64,000 nucleotides of DNA from Octopus vulgaris (GCA_951406725.2 OX597834.1:18352001-18416000), one strand, 5' to 3'. Positions 11,581 through 24,271 are shown, numbered from the stretch's first letter. The notes: generated by a model from the sequence alone, not told the origin. Numbers and translations: made by a program.

Positions 11581-12162
11581 CAAACAGATTGGCAGACAAA
11601 GACAGACAGATGGGGAGACACAAGAAAGTAGATAGTCGCAGATGAAGTAACAGGTGAACATCATACGTCATCGAAACTTATTCATATTTGAGAAGTGTCT
11701 GTACTTACATGCACCGACACACATCCACTTGTTAGTTTCTTCGGGCTCTGGTTTTGTATTATACACACATGGATATAGAGCTTGCAAGCCACGTGAGTGG
11801 ACATAGACACACTTAGCATGCAAGTTTATGTGCGCGCGCGCGTACGTGCATGTGTGTCTGTGTGTGTGTAAGTGAGAGAGAGAAGGAGACAGTGAAAGAG
11901 AGGGAGAAAGAGTGAGAGAAAGAGATGGAGAGAGAAGGACAAATAGATGAATTTATATTGGTATAAATCGAAAGGAAACTAATCGTAGTTTTGACAATTT
12001 TTAAATGGTGGGTTCGGTACAAACTATAATGCATTGTGATAATAAAAATGTTTACTGATAATAAAAATGCTGACTAATAAATAGTTTTGATATTTCGTCG
12101 GATAATTTTTTTCTTGTTTGCTTTTGGATGTTCCTGCCATTAAATATTTTAATGCATTAACC

Positions 12163-12588
12163 GGATCTTTTCGGTTTGAACGGCAGTTTTTTAAATTAAT
12201 TTCCACGTAACTATACACTTTTAAACTTCGTATACTGGTAGAATGTGTTTATAAAACATCTTTTTCTCTTGGCTTTATTGAGAAAATTCTATAGTTTGTA
12301 AGATATTTGTTGTTTTTTTCTTCAATTTCTGCAATTTCAACCAATCAGTGACGTCTATTGAGGTGAAAACATTCTGTGCCGTATGAATACGTCCCTCGTT
12401 TAAGAAACAGATTGGGTTTATTTACATTTCTGAAGAAAAAAAGATACCCTTCTCCCCACCCCTAACCCTAACTAGCCCTAATCCTAAAACAGATTGAAAT
12501 ACAATAGATCGATACTAGGGTCATAATTATGGGTGACAATTTCATATGACACCACTAGAAAAAACTGCCGTTCAAACCGAAAAGATCC
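12163..12588. mobile_element. Merlin-like MITE
   Basis: 30-bp TIRs GGATCTTTTCGGTTTGAACGGCAGTTTTTT; perfect 8-bp TSD CATTAACC (12155-12162, 12589-12596). GG termini with an 8-bp TSD fit the Merlin superfamily. Internal CCCTAA repeats at about 12459-12487. Confidence 0.85.
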
Positions 12589-12699
12589 CATTAACCCTAT
12601 CTATTGGTCTTATAATATTGCATTCGTAGTCATGAGAACCGATGTCGATCCCTCAGTAAACTAGAAACTGTCAGTGCGTCGAATGTATAGTAGTTGTAG

Positions 12700-12900
12700 T
12701 TTAAAGGCCCGGTTTTGTCATGCTAATTCAGCTTTAGAATTACATTAGAGATACACATATCTGTGGAATATTCATCCATTTACGCGTTAATTCATCGAAT
12801 ATCTAATTTATCAAATAGGCAGTTCAAGTGATCGAACAACTAAATGGTCACTGTCGAACCGACGGAGAATCCAGCATTGTACAGAAGATCGGTGGAGTGA
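12700..12900 (+). mobile_element. Old SINE family B-type 3' tail
   Basis: AGAATTACATTAGAGATACACATATCTGTGGAATATTCA...GAACCGACGGAGA parallels 18845-18970. Confidence 0.6.
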
Positions 12901-12980
12901 CTTAGTCTTCTATTATAATTCTATTTTCAGCTGGTATGCTTAAAAGGAACATGAAATTGAGTTCAATATTTATTAGGTGT

Positions 12981-13655
12981 AAGGTGGCGAGCTGGCAGAA
13001 TTGTTAGCACGCCGGGTGAAATGCTTTGTGGTATTTCATCCATCTTTACGCTCTGGGTTCAAATTCCGCCGAGGTCGACTTTATCTTTTATCCTTTCAGG
13101 ATCGATAAAATAAGTACCAGTTCTGTACTGGAATCAATGTAATCGACTTAACCCCAAAGTTGCTGGCCTTGAGCCAAAGTTTAAAATCAATATCGACTAG
13201 TAGTAAGGCAGCTAGGCTAGCTGGCAGAACTGTTAGCAAGCTGGGAAAAATGCTTAGCGGCATTTCGTCCGTCTTTACGTTCTGAGTTCAAATTCCACCG
13301 GGGTGAACTTTGCCTTTCATCCTTTCGGGGTCAATAAAATTAGAAGCAACTGAACGATGGGGTCGATGCAATCGACTAACCCTCTCCCTCAAAATTGCTG
13401 ACCTTATATCAAAATGTGAAACAATAGTTACCTTCATCAAGGCGGCGAACTGGCAGAATCGCTGGCACACGAGAGGAAACGCTTAGAGGAATTTCGTCTG
13501 TTCAGACGTTGTGAGTTCAAAATCGTTCGACGTCCACTTTGTCTTTCATTTCCGGGGTCGATAAGATAAGTACCAGTTGAACACTGCAGTCGATGTAATC
13601 GACTTAACCCCGCTACCGAAATTGCTATCCTAATGCCAAAATTTGAAACCAATAT
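12981..13655 (+). mobile_element. Three head-to-tail older SINE family A copies
   Basis: Heads at 12981, 13205 and 13439, each ending in an AAATTGCTGGCCTTG...AAAATTTGAAACCAAT-type tail. Confidence 0.9.
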
Positions 13656-14907
13656 TTACTAGTACTTTATTTTATCGATCCGAGAATGATGTCGGGCAAA
13701 GTTGACTTCATAAGAAACTTGTACTTTAGAGTTACGTCGTTTTATGTTATGAGTTCAAACCGTGTTCTGGTTGCCTTCGGTTTCTATCGATATGTATCAG
13801 ACATATACTAGTATCAATTTTACTGAGTCTACCCCATCTTTTATAAGCCGAAATATCCGGCATTGTTCCGGTTAAAAAATCAGGCAATTGAAGCAAACCC
13901 CGTAAAGTAATTTATTTAAATTATAGTTATTGTAAGAATTCCGGATAAACAATGGGTGGAATTTCGGACCAAATATCCCCTCGTAACATTTTGTTTCTTA
14001 CTGAAAAGTTTTCTAAATTTTAACCCCTAACCTTAATCCTAACTTTAGCTCTGATCCCGTATCCAAATTCTTAAGCTTAAAAGCCCCCCCCCACTTTTTT
14101 TTCAGAATCATAATCTTTGTTTAAAAAATTTAATTACGGATTCAGAAGTTAAAAATGAAATTTAATGTAGATTGTATATTTCGAAACGAAATGTGTGTGT
14201 GTGTGTGTGTTTATGTGTGTGTTTGTGTGTGAGTGTGTGTGTGTGCGCCCACGAAGCCTTTATGAAACAGGGTTTGGTTATATTATCATATAAATGCGTA
14301 AGAATTTGAGATGTTTTAGATCTAGTGTTTATTAAGAGCAATTGTATGTAAACGGTGTGTTTCGAGTTAGTTTCCTGTTAGTAGGCATCACTACCCCCAC
14401 TACTTGTAGCCTTGGTGCTATAGAAACCAGGTCGTTGTACAGGGTTGCCGGGAGCTTATCAACATGGCACTCGCCTCAACGGATAAACATGCGCGGACGT
14501 ACGCGCGCGCGTGCTCACACACACACACACACACACACACACGCTTTCGTTCTCTCCATATTTTCTCCTCTTTCTCTCTTTACATTCTCTCTTTCTCTCT
14601 CCGCACCTCGGAGTCATTCTCTAATTTCAAGCACTCACACACACACATGCCTCCTGTCTTCTCTCTCTTCTTAATAAGTATACTATTTTACAAAGTGAAA
14701 ACAGTCGAATGTCACCAACACCTGCTGCTTGATAAAATCAGATCGACAGTGCATATGCACCACCACCCGTGAAACCGGCTCTTTTGTATGTGTGTGTTTA
14801 CGTGTAGAATAAATTTTGGAGCTTTATGTACGCATGTTTGTATGTATATATGTATGTATGTTTGCATGCATGTATGTGTATGTATGCATATACATGTGTA
14901 TACATAT

Positions 14908-14950
<43 letters not shown>

Positions 14951-14968
14951 AATATATATATATATTTT

Positions 14969-15268
14969 CGCCCTTTTCAAGCCTAGCCAGGCTCATGGGC
15001 CCGGTTTCCCGGTTTCTATGGCGTATGTGTTCCCCACTAGATGGACGGGACGTCAGTCCATTGCACCGTTACCCAAGAAACAGGAAGAAAGAGTGAGAGA
15101 AAGTTGGGGCGAAAGAGTACAACAGAGGTCGCCACCACCCCCTGCCGGAGCCTTGTGGAGCTTTAGGTGTTTTCGCTCAATAAACACACGCAACGTCCGG
15201 TCTGGGAATCGAAACCGCGATCCTCCGACCGCGACTCCGCTGCCCTAACCACTGGGTCAATGCGCCTC
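14969..15268 (-). mobile_element. SINE family B' (family B tRNA head with an alternative 3' tail)
   Basis: About 15075-15268 matches the 5' half of 18594-18976; the tail ...ATGGACTGACGTCCCGTCCA...AGAAACCGGG... is unrelated to the B tail. Confidence 0.9.
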
Positions 15269-15269
15269 G

Positions 15270-15328
<59 letters not shown>

Positions 15329-16879
15329 ACACACACACACAAACATGTATTCACACACGCATACACACATACAGTAAGTGTGTTGTTGATATATTACGTA
15401 AACACAAACTACAACTTGAGTATTTATTAATTAATGCGCTACGTGAGCACGAAAAATCCTCAATATACAGCTGTATTGAATGTTACTTTATTGCTCTAGG
15501 TCAGCCCTGATTAAAAGAATCGTTCCACTTGTGGTCATCCCACAATTTATTAAGAAGTTAGTACATCTAGGGCTAAGTTTTCTAATATACAGTATCGTAG
15601 TTAATATTTTGTCTAAAGCAATGTTTTGGTTTATATTCAAACATTACATATCTATGACTGCATTTGTTAATGTGCAGTATAATTGTGGATATGCTTGTTG
15701 GTTAGTCCCATGACAAGCCTGATACAGCAGACCTGTCCAGGCTGTGCTCATCTATAGTGGCATCAGAAATTACGAGCGGAAATCGTTGGAATATAACTAG
15801 CAGAAGCGGAGCCTGACCATCTAAAGTAGTCCTAACATCTCATAGCACAAACCCAACATCTTAACGATTAAATGTCAGCGTAGGTAGCAGCTCGAAGTAA
15901 CCATTACAGAGCTTCTTCTCTCGCAGAGAACAAATTCACGTTTGCGATCGGACTTGTTGAATTTGTGTACATAATCAGGAACGTGTCCATAAAAATTAAA
16001 TCTGATGACCTATCACCCTCGTATATGAACTACTTGCTTGGCTACAGCAGTTTAGTTCCAACAGTGTTACCTAGATCTATATCATTCATTATGACTTTGT
16101 AAAGATAGTAATGTGTGCTTTAAGGGAAATTTGGTTACTTTTTCGAGCATATCGAGTGACCACCCATTTTAGGCTCACTCTCCATTTTCACGCGCACACG
16201 CATATGTATTTTGTGGGTGTGCTTACGTGACCTACACTATTCAACATCTCAAAAGTGATAGAAACTATCCCCTCCACACACAAACACTCACAAAACCTTG
16301 CTTCATTTACTACTGTGAATTTCGTTCTCTTGGTTATCTGCGTTAAGAGCTATGGTTTCCGTAGGGCCAAATGTACCGGATTTCTTACATATATAACACC
16401 AATAGAGAGCCTCAGGTGAAGCAATGTTGTTTTATCTTTGACATCAGCTGTGTCTTCTATCATTCTCACTAGCATGGTCGCTTCCAAGCAACGTTGTATG
16501 CTTATGGACGCCATCTGTGTTTCATCTCTTAGTTTTGGTAGTTTCCGCTCAGATTAGCCAAATGCAACGTTGCGTCACCAAGACTCTCCCAGTTATGGTT
16601 TGTCTCAGGGTTGGGTTCTGATTCAAACTCACTTCCTTTTGTACCAGATTGAACTCGCTTTCACTTTAACACACACACCCACACACACACAGAGATGATA
16701 ATACACTTCTTTCTCCTTAACCTTTGGCGTATTGCTGTCATCTGTACTCAGCGTAAACATTTCCAATTAGAGATGTACTTACTCCAATACTGACAGGGAA
16801 AACACTTATTCCAATTGAATTAGAACAACTTAGCTTCTTTCGATAGTATTAAGACACTGTCACAACATCTATCAAGGAA

Positions 16880-17120
16880 ACAGGCATGGCTGTGTGGTTA
16901 GAAGCTTGCTTCCCAACCACATGGTTCCAGGTTCAGTCCCACTGTGTGGCACATTGGGCAAGAGTTTTCTTCTTTAAAGTCGGGCCGACCAAAGCTTTGT
17001 GCGTGGATTTGGTAGACGGAAACTGAAGGAAACCCGTCGTATGTATATATATTTATGTGTGTGTGCGTGCGTGCTTGTGTCTGTTTGTACTCTCATCACC
17101 GCTTGACAACCGGTGTGTGT
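16880..17120 (+). mobile_element. SINE family C, 5' two-thirds
   Basis: A box TGGCTGTGTGG, B box GGTTCAGTCCC, CORE-like TTGGGCAAG, GGATTTGGTAGACGGAAACTGAA. Confidence 0.9.
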
Positions 17121-17159
<39 letters not shown>

Positions 17160-17719
17160 TTTTGTTGTGAAAAAATACTTTACTTCAGAATATTTGGCAC
17201 AATAATTTTAACCATTCAACTTCAAATTGCAATTGTTAATTGTTGGAAGTCAAGAACATTGAGATGTACATATAGTGCTATCGTATAGAGTGGAAGTTTA
17301 ATACAAAGTTTTGAACTTATTATCTTGTGATTAGTAATCCATCACCTTAAATTTGTATCCATTAAGTCTTTAAACATTATTTTACTGGGCTTAGTCTTTC
17401 GACTGTCGCCATGATGGGATATGACCTTCAAAAATGTAATTGATCATACTGACCTCAGTACGTATTTCAATCCGGCATTTATTTTATAGTTCCCTGCTTG
17501 ATGAACTGCTAACTTTGAGACATAGTGGGACACAATACTCGATTTAACAACAATTGTAAGTACACACACGCGCGCGCGCGCAAACACACATACACACATT
17601 AGGTGCAAGGATGACTGAGAAGTTTACTTCCCAATCACATGGTCCAACGTTCAGTCCCTCTGCAGGGTATCTTGGGCAAGTGTTTTCTATTATAGCCCTA
17701 GGCCAACCACAGACTTGTT

Positions 17720-17866
17720 CATCAGAAAACGATCGAGAAACATGTTAATAAAGAAGAGTTGTTTTGCTTCATGCTCCTCGTGTGCCGATTCTCCCCTAAG
17801 AAAGGAACAAATAATGCAATGTGGCTATGGGTCAAAACACCCGGACAACGCCGGGTGCATTGCTAG
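17720..17866 (+). mobile_element. Helitron 3' terminus
   Basis: GC-rich hairpin CACCCGG-ACAACG-CCGGGTG (17838-17857) followed by CTAG (17863-17866) then T, the canonical Helitron 3' end; truncates a decayed family C SINE at 17600-17720. 5' boundary uncertain. Confidence 0.7.
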
Positions 17867-17877
17867 TAATTGATATA

Positions 17878-18294
17878 TATTTCTTTACTACCCACAAGGG
17901 GCTAAATACAGAGTGGACAAACAAGGACAGACAAACGGATTAAGTCGATTACATCGACCCCAGTGCGTAACTGGTACTTAATTTATCGACCCCGAAAGGA
18001 TGAAAGGCAAACTCGACTTCGGCGGAATTTGAACTCAGAACGTAACGGCAGACGAAATACCTATTTCTTTATTACCCACTAGGGGCTAAACACAGAGGGG
18101 ACAAACAAGGACAGACATAGGTATTAAGTCGATTACATCGACCCCAGTGCGTAACTGGTACTTAATTTATCGACCCCGAAAGGATGAAAGTCAAAGTCGA
18201 CCTCGGCGGAATTTGAACTCAGAACGTAACGGCAGACGAAATACCGCTGAGCATTTCGCCCGGCGTGCTAACGTTTCTGCCAGCTCGCTGCCTT
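17878..18294 (-). mobile_element. Tandem (about 1.8-mer) SINE family A with a single TSD
   Basis: Full unit 18062-18294 followed by a headless unit 17878-18061; TSD GTAATT(G/A)ATATA at 17866-17877 and 18295-18306. Confidence 0.92.
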
Positions 18295-18360
18295 GTAATT
18301 AATATAACCACGACTGCATCTCAGCAACCGACGTTTCTCTTTAGAGCTAGATGAATCGTC

Positions 18361-19205
18361 ATCTCACAACAATTATTCATATTCTATAAAATCTCAGGTG
18401 ATGTCCGCAGCGGAGTCTTGCCTTCACATTTAGGACGATGCTGCTGCTCACACAGGCATCCTAGACCGCTTTCAAAAAAGGGCTACCCAGCTGACTGACA
18501 TTGACACAAACTCACTCCAACCTCTAATCTCCATTGCGTTGTTTCCTTCTTTAGTTCATTCTATAGATACTACAGTGGCTTACTCTTCTCGGAGTGGAGA
18601 CGCAATGGCCCAGTGGTTAGGGCAGCGGACTCGCGGTCGTAGGATCGCGGTTTCGATTCCCAGACCGTTGTGAGTGTTTAATGAGCGAAAACACCTAAAG
18701 CTCCATGAGGCTCCGGCAGGGATGGTGGTGATCCCTGCTGTACTCTTTCACCACAACTTTCTCTCACTCTTACTTCCTGTTTCTGTTGTACCTGTATTTC
18801 AAAGGGCCGGCCTTGTCACTCTCTGTGTCACACTGAATATCCCCGAGAACTACGTTAAGGGTACACGTGTCTGTGGAATGCTCAGCCACTTACACGTTAA
18901 TTTCACGAGCAGGCTGTTCTGTTGATTCGGATCAACCGGAACCCTCGTCGTCGTAACCGACGGAGTGCTTCCATCCACTCTTCTCGGAACTGATTGTGCT
19001 CATACTTTGCCTAGGTACACTCGGCCTACTCTTCTCCTTTCTTATCACCATCCTTGCATCCAAACCCACTAGGCTCCGCACTGACAACTAAGCTCAGCCC
19101 TTCTGTCCCAGAATGTCGGGTCTTTGGAATTACCCTGCCCCCACAGCTCTTATTTTTACCGTTGATGTTAGCTTGCAAAGATTCAGAAGAAACATTAAAG
19201 GCTTG
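18361..19205 (+). pseudogene. Decayed non-LTR retrotransposon (CR1/Jockey-group) RT C-terminus and 3' end
   Basis: Frameshifted translation QQLFIFYK/SQV...ESCLHI*DDAAAHTGILDRFQKRATQL...SLQPL...FYRYYSGLLFSEL...PRMSGLWN matches the LYKxQVRPxxEYCSHIW...LDRxQxxA...FYRYY...LWN pattern; split by a family B SINE. Confidence 0.8.
18594..18976 (+). mobile_element. Full-length tRNA-derived SINE family B with 12-bp TSD
   Basis: A box TGGCCCAGTGG, B box GTTTCGATTCC, hairpin tail CGTCGTAACCGACGG; TSD ACTCTTCTCGGA at 18582-18593 and 18977-18988. Confidence 0.95.
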
Positions 19206-19467
19206 AATTCCACCAGTTTTGAAAGGCATGTGAAGGGTATAAGTACTGAATCTTCCTTCTGAGCCAGCATGTAAAAACTAATAATATACGTAACCAATGT
19301 GCATAGTCACACACTCTTTCTTCTGTCTGTCTGTCTGTCTCTCTCACTCACACACACATACACACATGCGCGCACACACGCACATGCACGTACGCATATA
19401 CATATGCATACATACGTACACTCACAAGTACACACGAACATATGCATACATACACATATATATACAT

Positions 19468-19524
<57 letters not shown>

Positions 19525-19533
19525 AATATATAT

Positions 19534-19564
<31 letters not shown>

Positions 19565-19577
19565 CATACATATATAT

Positions 19578-19639
<62 letters not shown>

Positions 19640-19640
<1 letters not shown>

Positions 19641-19688
19641 CGTACGTCAAGCTTTCTATCATCTATCTATCCATCTATCTATCTATCC

Positions 19689-19740
<52 letters not shown>

Positions 19741-20406
19741 CCACCGTTTCTCTCCCTTTCTTTCTATATTCTGGAGAAATCCACGCGCGCGCGCACACAC
19801 ACATATTTGTATAAATGATACAAACTACTGTGTGAGGGATGTGTGTATGTGAGAGTGAGAGGGAGAGAGGGAGAGGGTGAGAGAAGTTTTCAAACATGTC
19901 AATACGTTAAAAATATCGAACTGTGAAACAAATATTTTCCCTAACAGCCATGCAGGCTTTAATGTCTCTTCAGGAGTTCCTTTGATTGACATTTTTCTTA
20001 TACATTACATAAATAATATATATGTATGTATGCCTTCATGTGTATATGTATAATATATATGCAATGTATAAGAAAAATGTCAATCAAAGGAACACCTAAA
20101 GAGACATTAAAGCCTGCATTGCTGTTAGGGAAAATATTTGTTTCACAGTTCGATATTTTTAACGTATTGACATGTTTGAAAACTATTTTCACCCGCATAC
20201 AAGGTCTCACTCTTTCTCTCTCTCTCTCGCCCATCTCTCTCTCTCTCCCTCTCTCTCTCTCTCTCTCCCTCTCTCTCTCCCACACATATGCACACAAGTG
20301 AAAACACACACACCTTCACACAATAGTTTATATTTATACGGATGTGTGTATGTGTGTATGCATGAATGTTTCCACATAGATAGAAAAAAGGAGAGAGCGC
20401 GCGCAC

Positions 20407-20442
<36 letters not shown>

Positions 20443-20485
20443 GGAGAGAGATACAGTGATAGATGGAAAGATTGACATACACGTA
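19640..20485. repeat. Local inverted duplication (fold-back)
   Basis: Core arms 19885-20011 and 20058-20184 are reverse complements with 4 mismatches in 127 bp; weaker symmetry extends outwards to about 19640/20485. Confidence 0.95.
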
Positions 20486-20599
20486 TCTATACATATGTAC
20501 ACATACATACATACATACACACATACATACATACACACATACATACACACTACACGCACACACACACACACACACGTACACATAAACATACATTCTTTT

Positions 20600-21200
20600 C
20601 TTTTTCTCTTTTACTTGTTTCAGTCGTTCGACTGCGGCCATGCTGGAGCACCGCCTTAAAGAGTTTTAGTCAAACAAATCGACCCTCAGGACTTATTCTT
20701 TGTAAGCCTTGTACTTATTCTATCGGTCTCTTTTTTGCCGAACCGCTATGGTACGAGGACGTAAACACACCAACATCGGTTGTCAATCATTGGCAGGGAG
20801 ATAAAACACAGACACACACATATAAATATATACATATATATATACGACGGGCTTCTTTCAGTTTCCGTCTACCAAATATATGTATATATATAATCTATAT
20901 CTATATCTATATCTATCTATATATATATGTATATATTATATTATATTATTTTATATTATTTTATATTATATTATATTATATTATATTATATATACTCTTT
21001 TACTCTTTTACTTGTTTCAGTCATTTGACTGTGGCCATGCTGGAGCACCGCTTTTAATCGAGCTAATCGACCCCAGGACTTATTCTTTGTAAGCCTAGTA
21101 CTTACTCTATCCGTCTCTTTTGCCGAACCGCTAAGTTACGGGGACGTAAACACACCAGTATCGGTTGTCAAGCGATGCTGGGGGACAAACATAGACACAC
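20600..21200 (-). mobile_element. Two 3' portions of SINE family C in tandem
   Basis: TTTTACTTGTTTCAGTC...GGCCATGCTGGAGCACCGC...GAACCGCTA in both 20600-20876 and 20993-21200. Confidence 0.9.
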
Positions 21201-21487
21201 AAACATACGCATAAACACAACGTGCATATTGCGTACATTTACACACACACACGCTTACGCACATGCGCGCAGGCATACATACACACGCACGCACGCACAC
21301 ACACCTTGTAGAATGCATGAAGTGAAGTGTCAGCATGTGCTACGTCATAATACATCATAATATTTGCTCGAGCGCATGGGCGCCACTATATGATTCTAGG
21401 TGCTCTGATTGTATCTACTAATCCTTTACTCGTTTACTAATTGCAGATCGAAAGCTGCGGTCATCCTGGGCAGGGTATACAATTATA

Positions 21488-21625
21488 TATACATACATAC
21501 ATACATACATACATACATACATACAAACAAACATACATACATACATACATTCATACATACATACATACATACATACATACATACATACATACATGCATGC
21601 ATGCATGCATACATGCATACATACA

Positions 21626-21657
<32 letters not shown>

Positions 21658-21662
21658 CATAC

Positions 21663-21693
<31 letters not shown>

Positions 21694-21699
21694 CATACA

Positions 21700-21733
<34 letters not shown>

Positions 21734-21738
21734 CATAC

Positions 21739-21777
<39 letters not shown>

Positions 21778-21834
21778 CATACACACATACATACATACAT
21801 ACATACTTACATACATACATACATACATACATAC

Positions 21835-21865
<31 letters not shown>

Positions 21866-22020
21866 CATACATACATACATACATACTTACATACATATAT
21901 ACATACATACATACATACATACATACATACATACATACATACATACATACATACATACATACATACATACATACATACATACATACATACATACTTACAT
22001 ACATACATACATACTTACAT

Positions 22021-22066
<46 letters not shown>
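21488..22066. repeat. (CATA)n microsatellite with CTTA variants, ending in (CA)n
   Basis: Directly visible. Confidence 0.99.
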
Positions 22067-22071
<5 letters not shown>

Positions 22072-22285
22072 GTATGCTTATAAAAATGCGCATATTTAAA
22101 GCAACATTTCTACGTAATTACACGCAGGAGACATGCATAAATATTGATATATGGATGTGAATATGAGAATACGTGATGGAGTGAAGATTTTATATTGTTA
22201 TCAATATACGTAATCGATATCTCTAAATCTTATATCTATTCTTTCTGTGTCTTCCTCTCCCGAACCGTCAAACCAAAATATATTC

Positions 22286-22303
22286 GTGTGTGTGTGTATG
22301 TGC

Positions 22304-22367
<64 letters not shown>

Positions 22368-22421
22368 GAGAGTGTGTGTGTGTGAGTGTGTGTGTGTGAG
22401 TGTGTGTGTGTGTGTGTGTAT

Positions 22422-22482
<61 letters not shown>

Positions 22483-22487
22483 TGTGT

Positions 22488-22528
<41 letters not shown>

Positions 22529-22570
22529 TGTGTGTGTGTGTGTGAGTGTGTGTGTGTGTGTACGTGTGTG
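22286..22570. repeat. (GA)n + (TG)n compound microsatellite
   Basis: Directly visible. Confidence 0.98.
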
Positions 22571-23243
22571 CACGAGCGCGCGTGCTCGCGTGTTTGCATG
22601 TGTTAAAAAGACAATATGAGATAGATGGAAAGGAAGAGGTGAAGAAATGAATTAAGACATGAAATATAGGTTGATAAGTGAACGCGCATTAACAGAAACA
22701 GTCATTCATTCATCCACACACACACACGCACATGTACGTGCACACGCAGACACACTCGCAAAATGCATCACTGTGTGTTTATATTTCGGTGCACGTGTAC
22801 CGGCAAATACTTGTATGCGTGCTCGCACGTAAATACAGATACTCATGCACGTACGCACGCTGACCTAGCTTACCCCATGCGTGCATACACGCGCCCGCCT
22901 ACAGACTAATTTGCCTCCGTACATGTAAGCACACCAACATTCCTGTATTTGATTGTTAGTGACATAAAGAAAAAAACAAAAATCTCTCAAGAATCTATGT
23001 TTGGCATCTGACGATATGGCTGGGGGAAATATCTCAAGAGAGTATTCAGCATAGTAAATGATTATACTGTATGGTTTCACATGTGTAATAAAGTGAACTG
23101 AAAAACTTCGGACAAAAAAGCTATTAGTAAGCAAAAAAATCCAAGTAATTAGTCGGCGAAAATTTATTTTAAGGAATTCCATCCAATAAACAGGCAAGGG
23201 AGATAATTCCTATAACATCAGTTGATTGAAATTCTTTGTGAAA

Positions 23244-23286
23244 GCAACAGATATATTTCGGTTTTATTAAACGTCCTCAGTGAAGC
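23244..23286 (-). ncRNA. Degenerate minimal hammerhead-like motif
   Basis: Minus strand: gcttca-CTGAGGA-c-gttt-aata-aaac-c-GAAA-tata-TC-tgttgc; intact core and palindromic loop 3, imperfect stems I and II. Confidence 0.4.
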
Positions 23287-23317
23287 ATATTCCGCTGATT
23301 TCTATATTGATTTCATC

Positions 23318-23386
<69 letters not shown>

Positions 23387-23883
23387 ACTACACGCACGCG
23401 TACGTGTGCATACGTGCACGCGCACATGAAAATAAGGAATAAGGATTGTGAATTTCAACAATATAGCTGTGGTAAAATTCATGCAAGGAATATTCTGCAC
23501 ATCAAATGCAATTACTGTAAGATCTCGCATAAGAAATGTAGGGAACTGAAAAAATTCTGATTAACTATGATTATTCCAACAGTTAGTAGACAAAATCTGT
23601 TTCTGGTTGTGGTTCGATTTAAAAATAAATGGAAAGAATATGTTCTCCCTTATCCTCCTTTCGAGGGAACCTTTACATAATCGCTCGACCATAATAGATT
23701 AGCAGCAATGCATCCCTCTCAGACGACATCCAGTTATCTTAAAAGAAGGAAGGAAACCTTAAATAATGCTGTTTTAGATATATTAAAACTGAGTGATCAG
23801 AGTCAGAACAGCTATGACCATACGTCTACTCTATCACTGTTGACCTGGGGCTAAACAGTAACCACCACCACCACCACCACCAC

Positions 23884-23927
<44 letters not shown>

Positions 23928-23929
23928 GC

Positions 23930-24239
23930 CTTTTATCTTTCATTTGTTTAAGTCATTAGATTGCGGCCATGGTGGAGCACCGCCGTGGAGAATTCCAGTC
24001 GAACGCATCGATTCCAGCACTTTTTTAAAACCTGGTACTTTTTCTATCAGTCTCTTTTGCCGAACCGCTAAGTTACGAGGATGTTAACACACTAACACCG
24101 GTTGTCAAGTGGTGGTGAGATCAAACACGGACACAAAGACACACTCACATCAAATATATATATATATATATATATTACATCCATACATACATATACACAC
24201 ACACACATATACATACATATATACACACACACACATATA

Positions 24240-24271
<32 letters not shown>

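Noticed and set aside
18594-18670. tRNA gene
   Set aside because: A/B boxes are the head of a SINE with body, tail and TSD; the same holds for family A and C heads.
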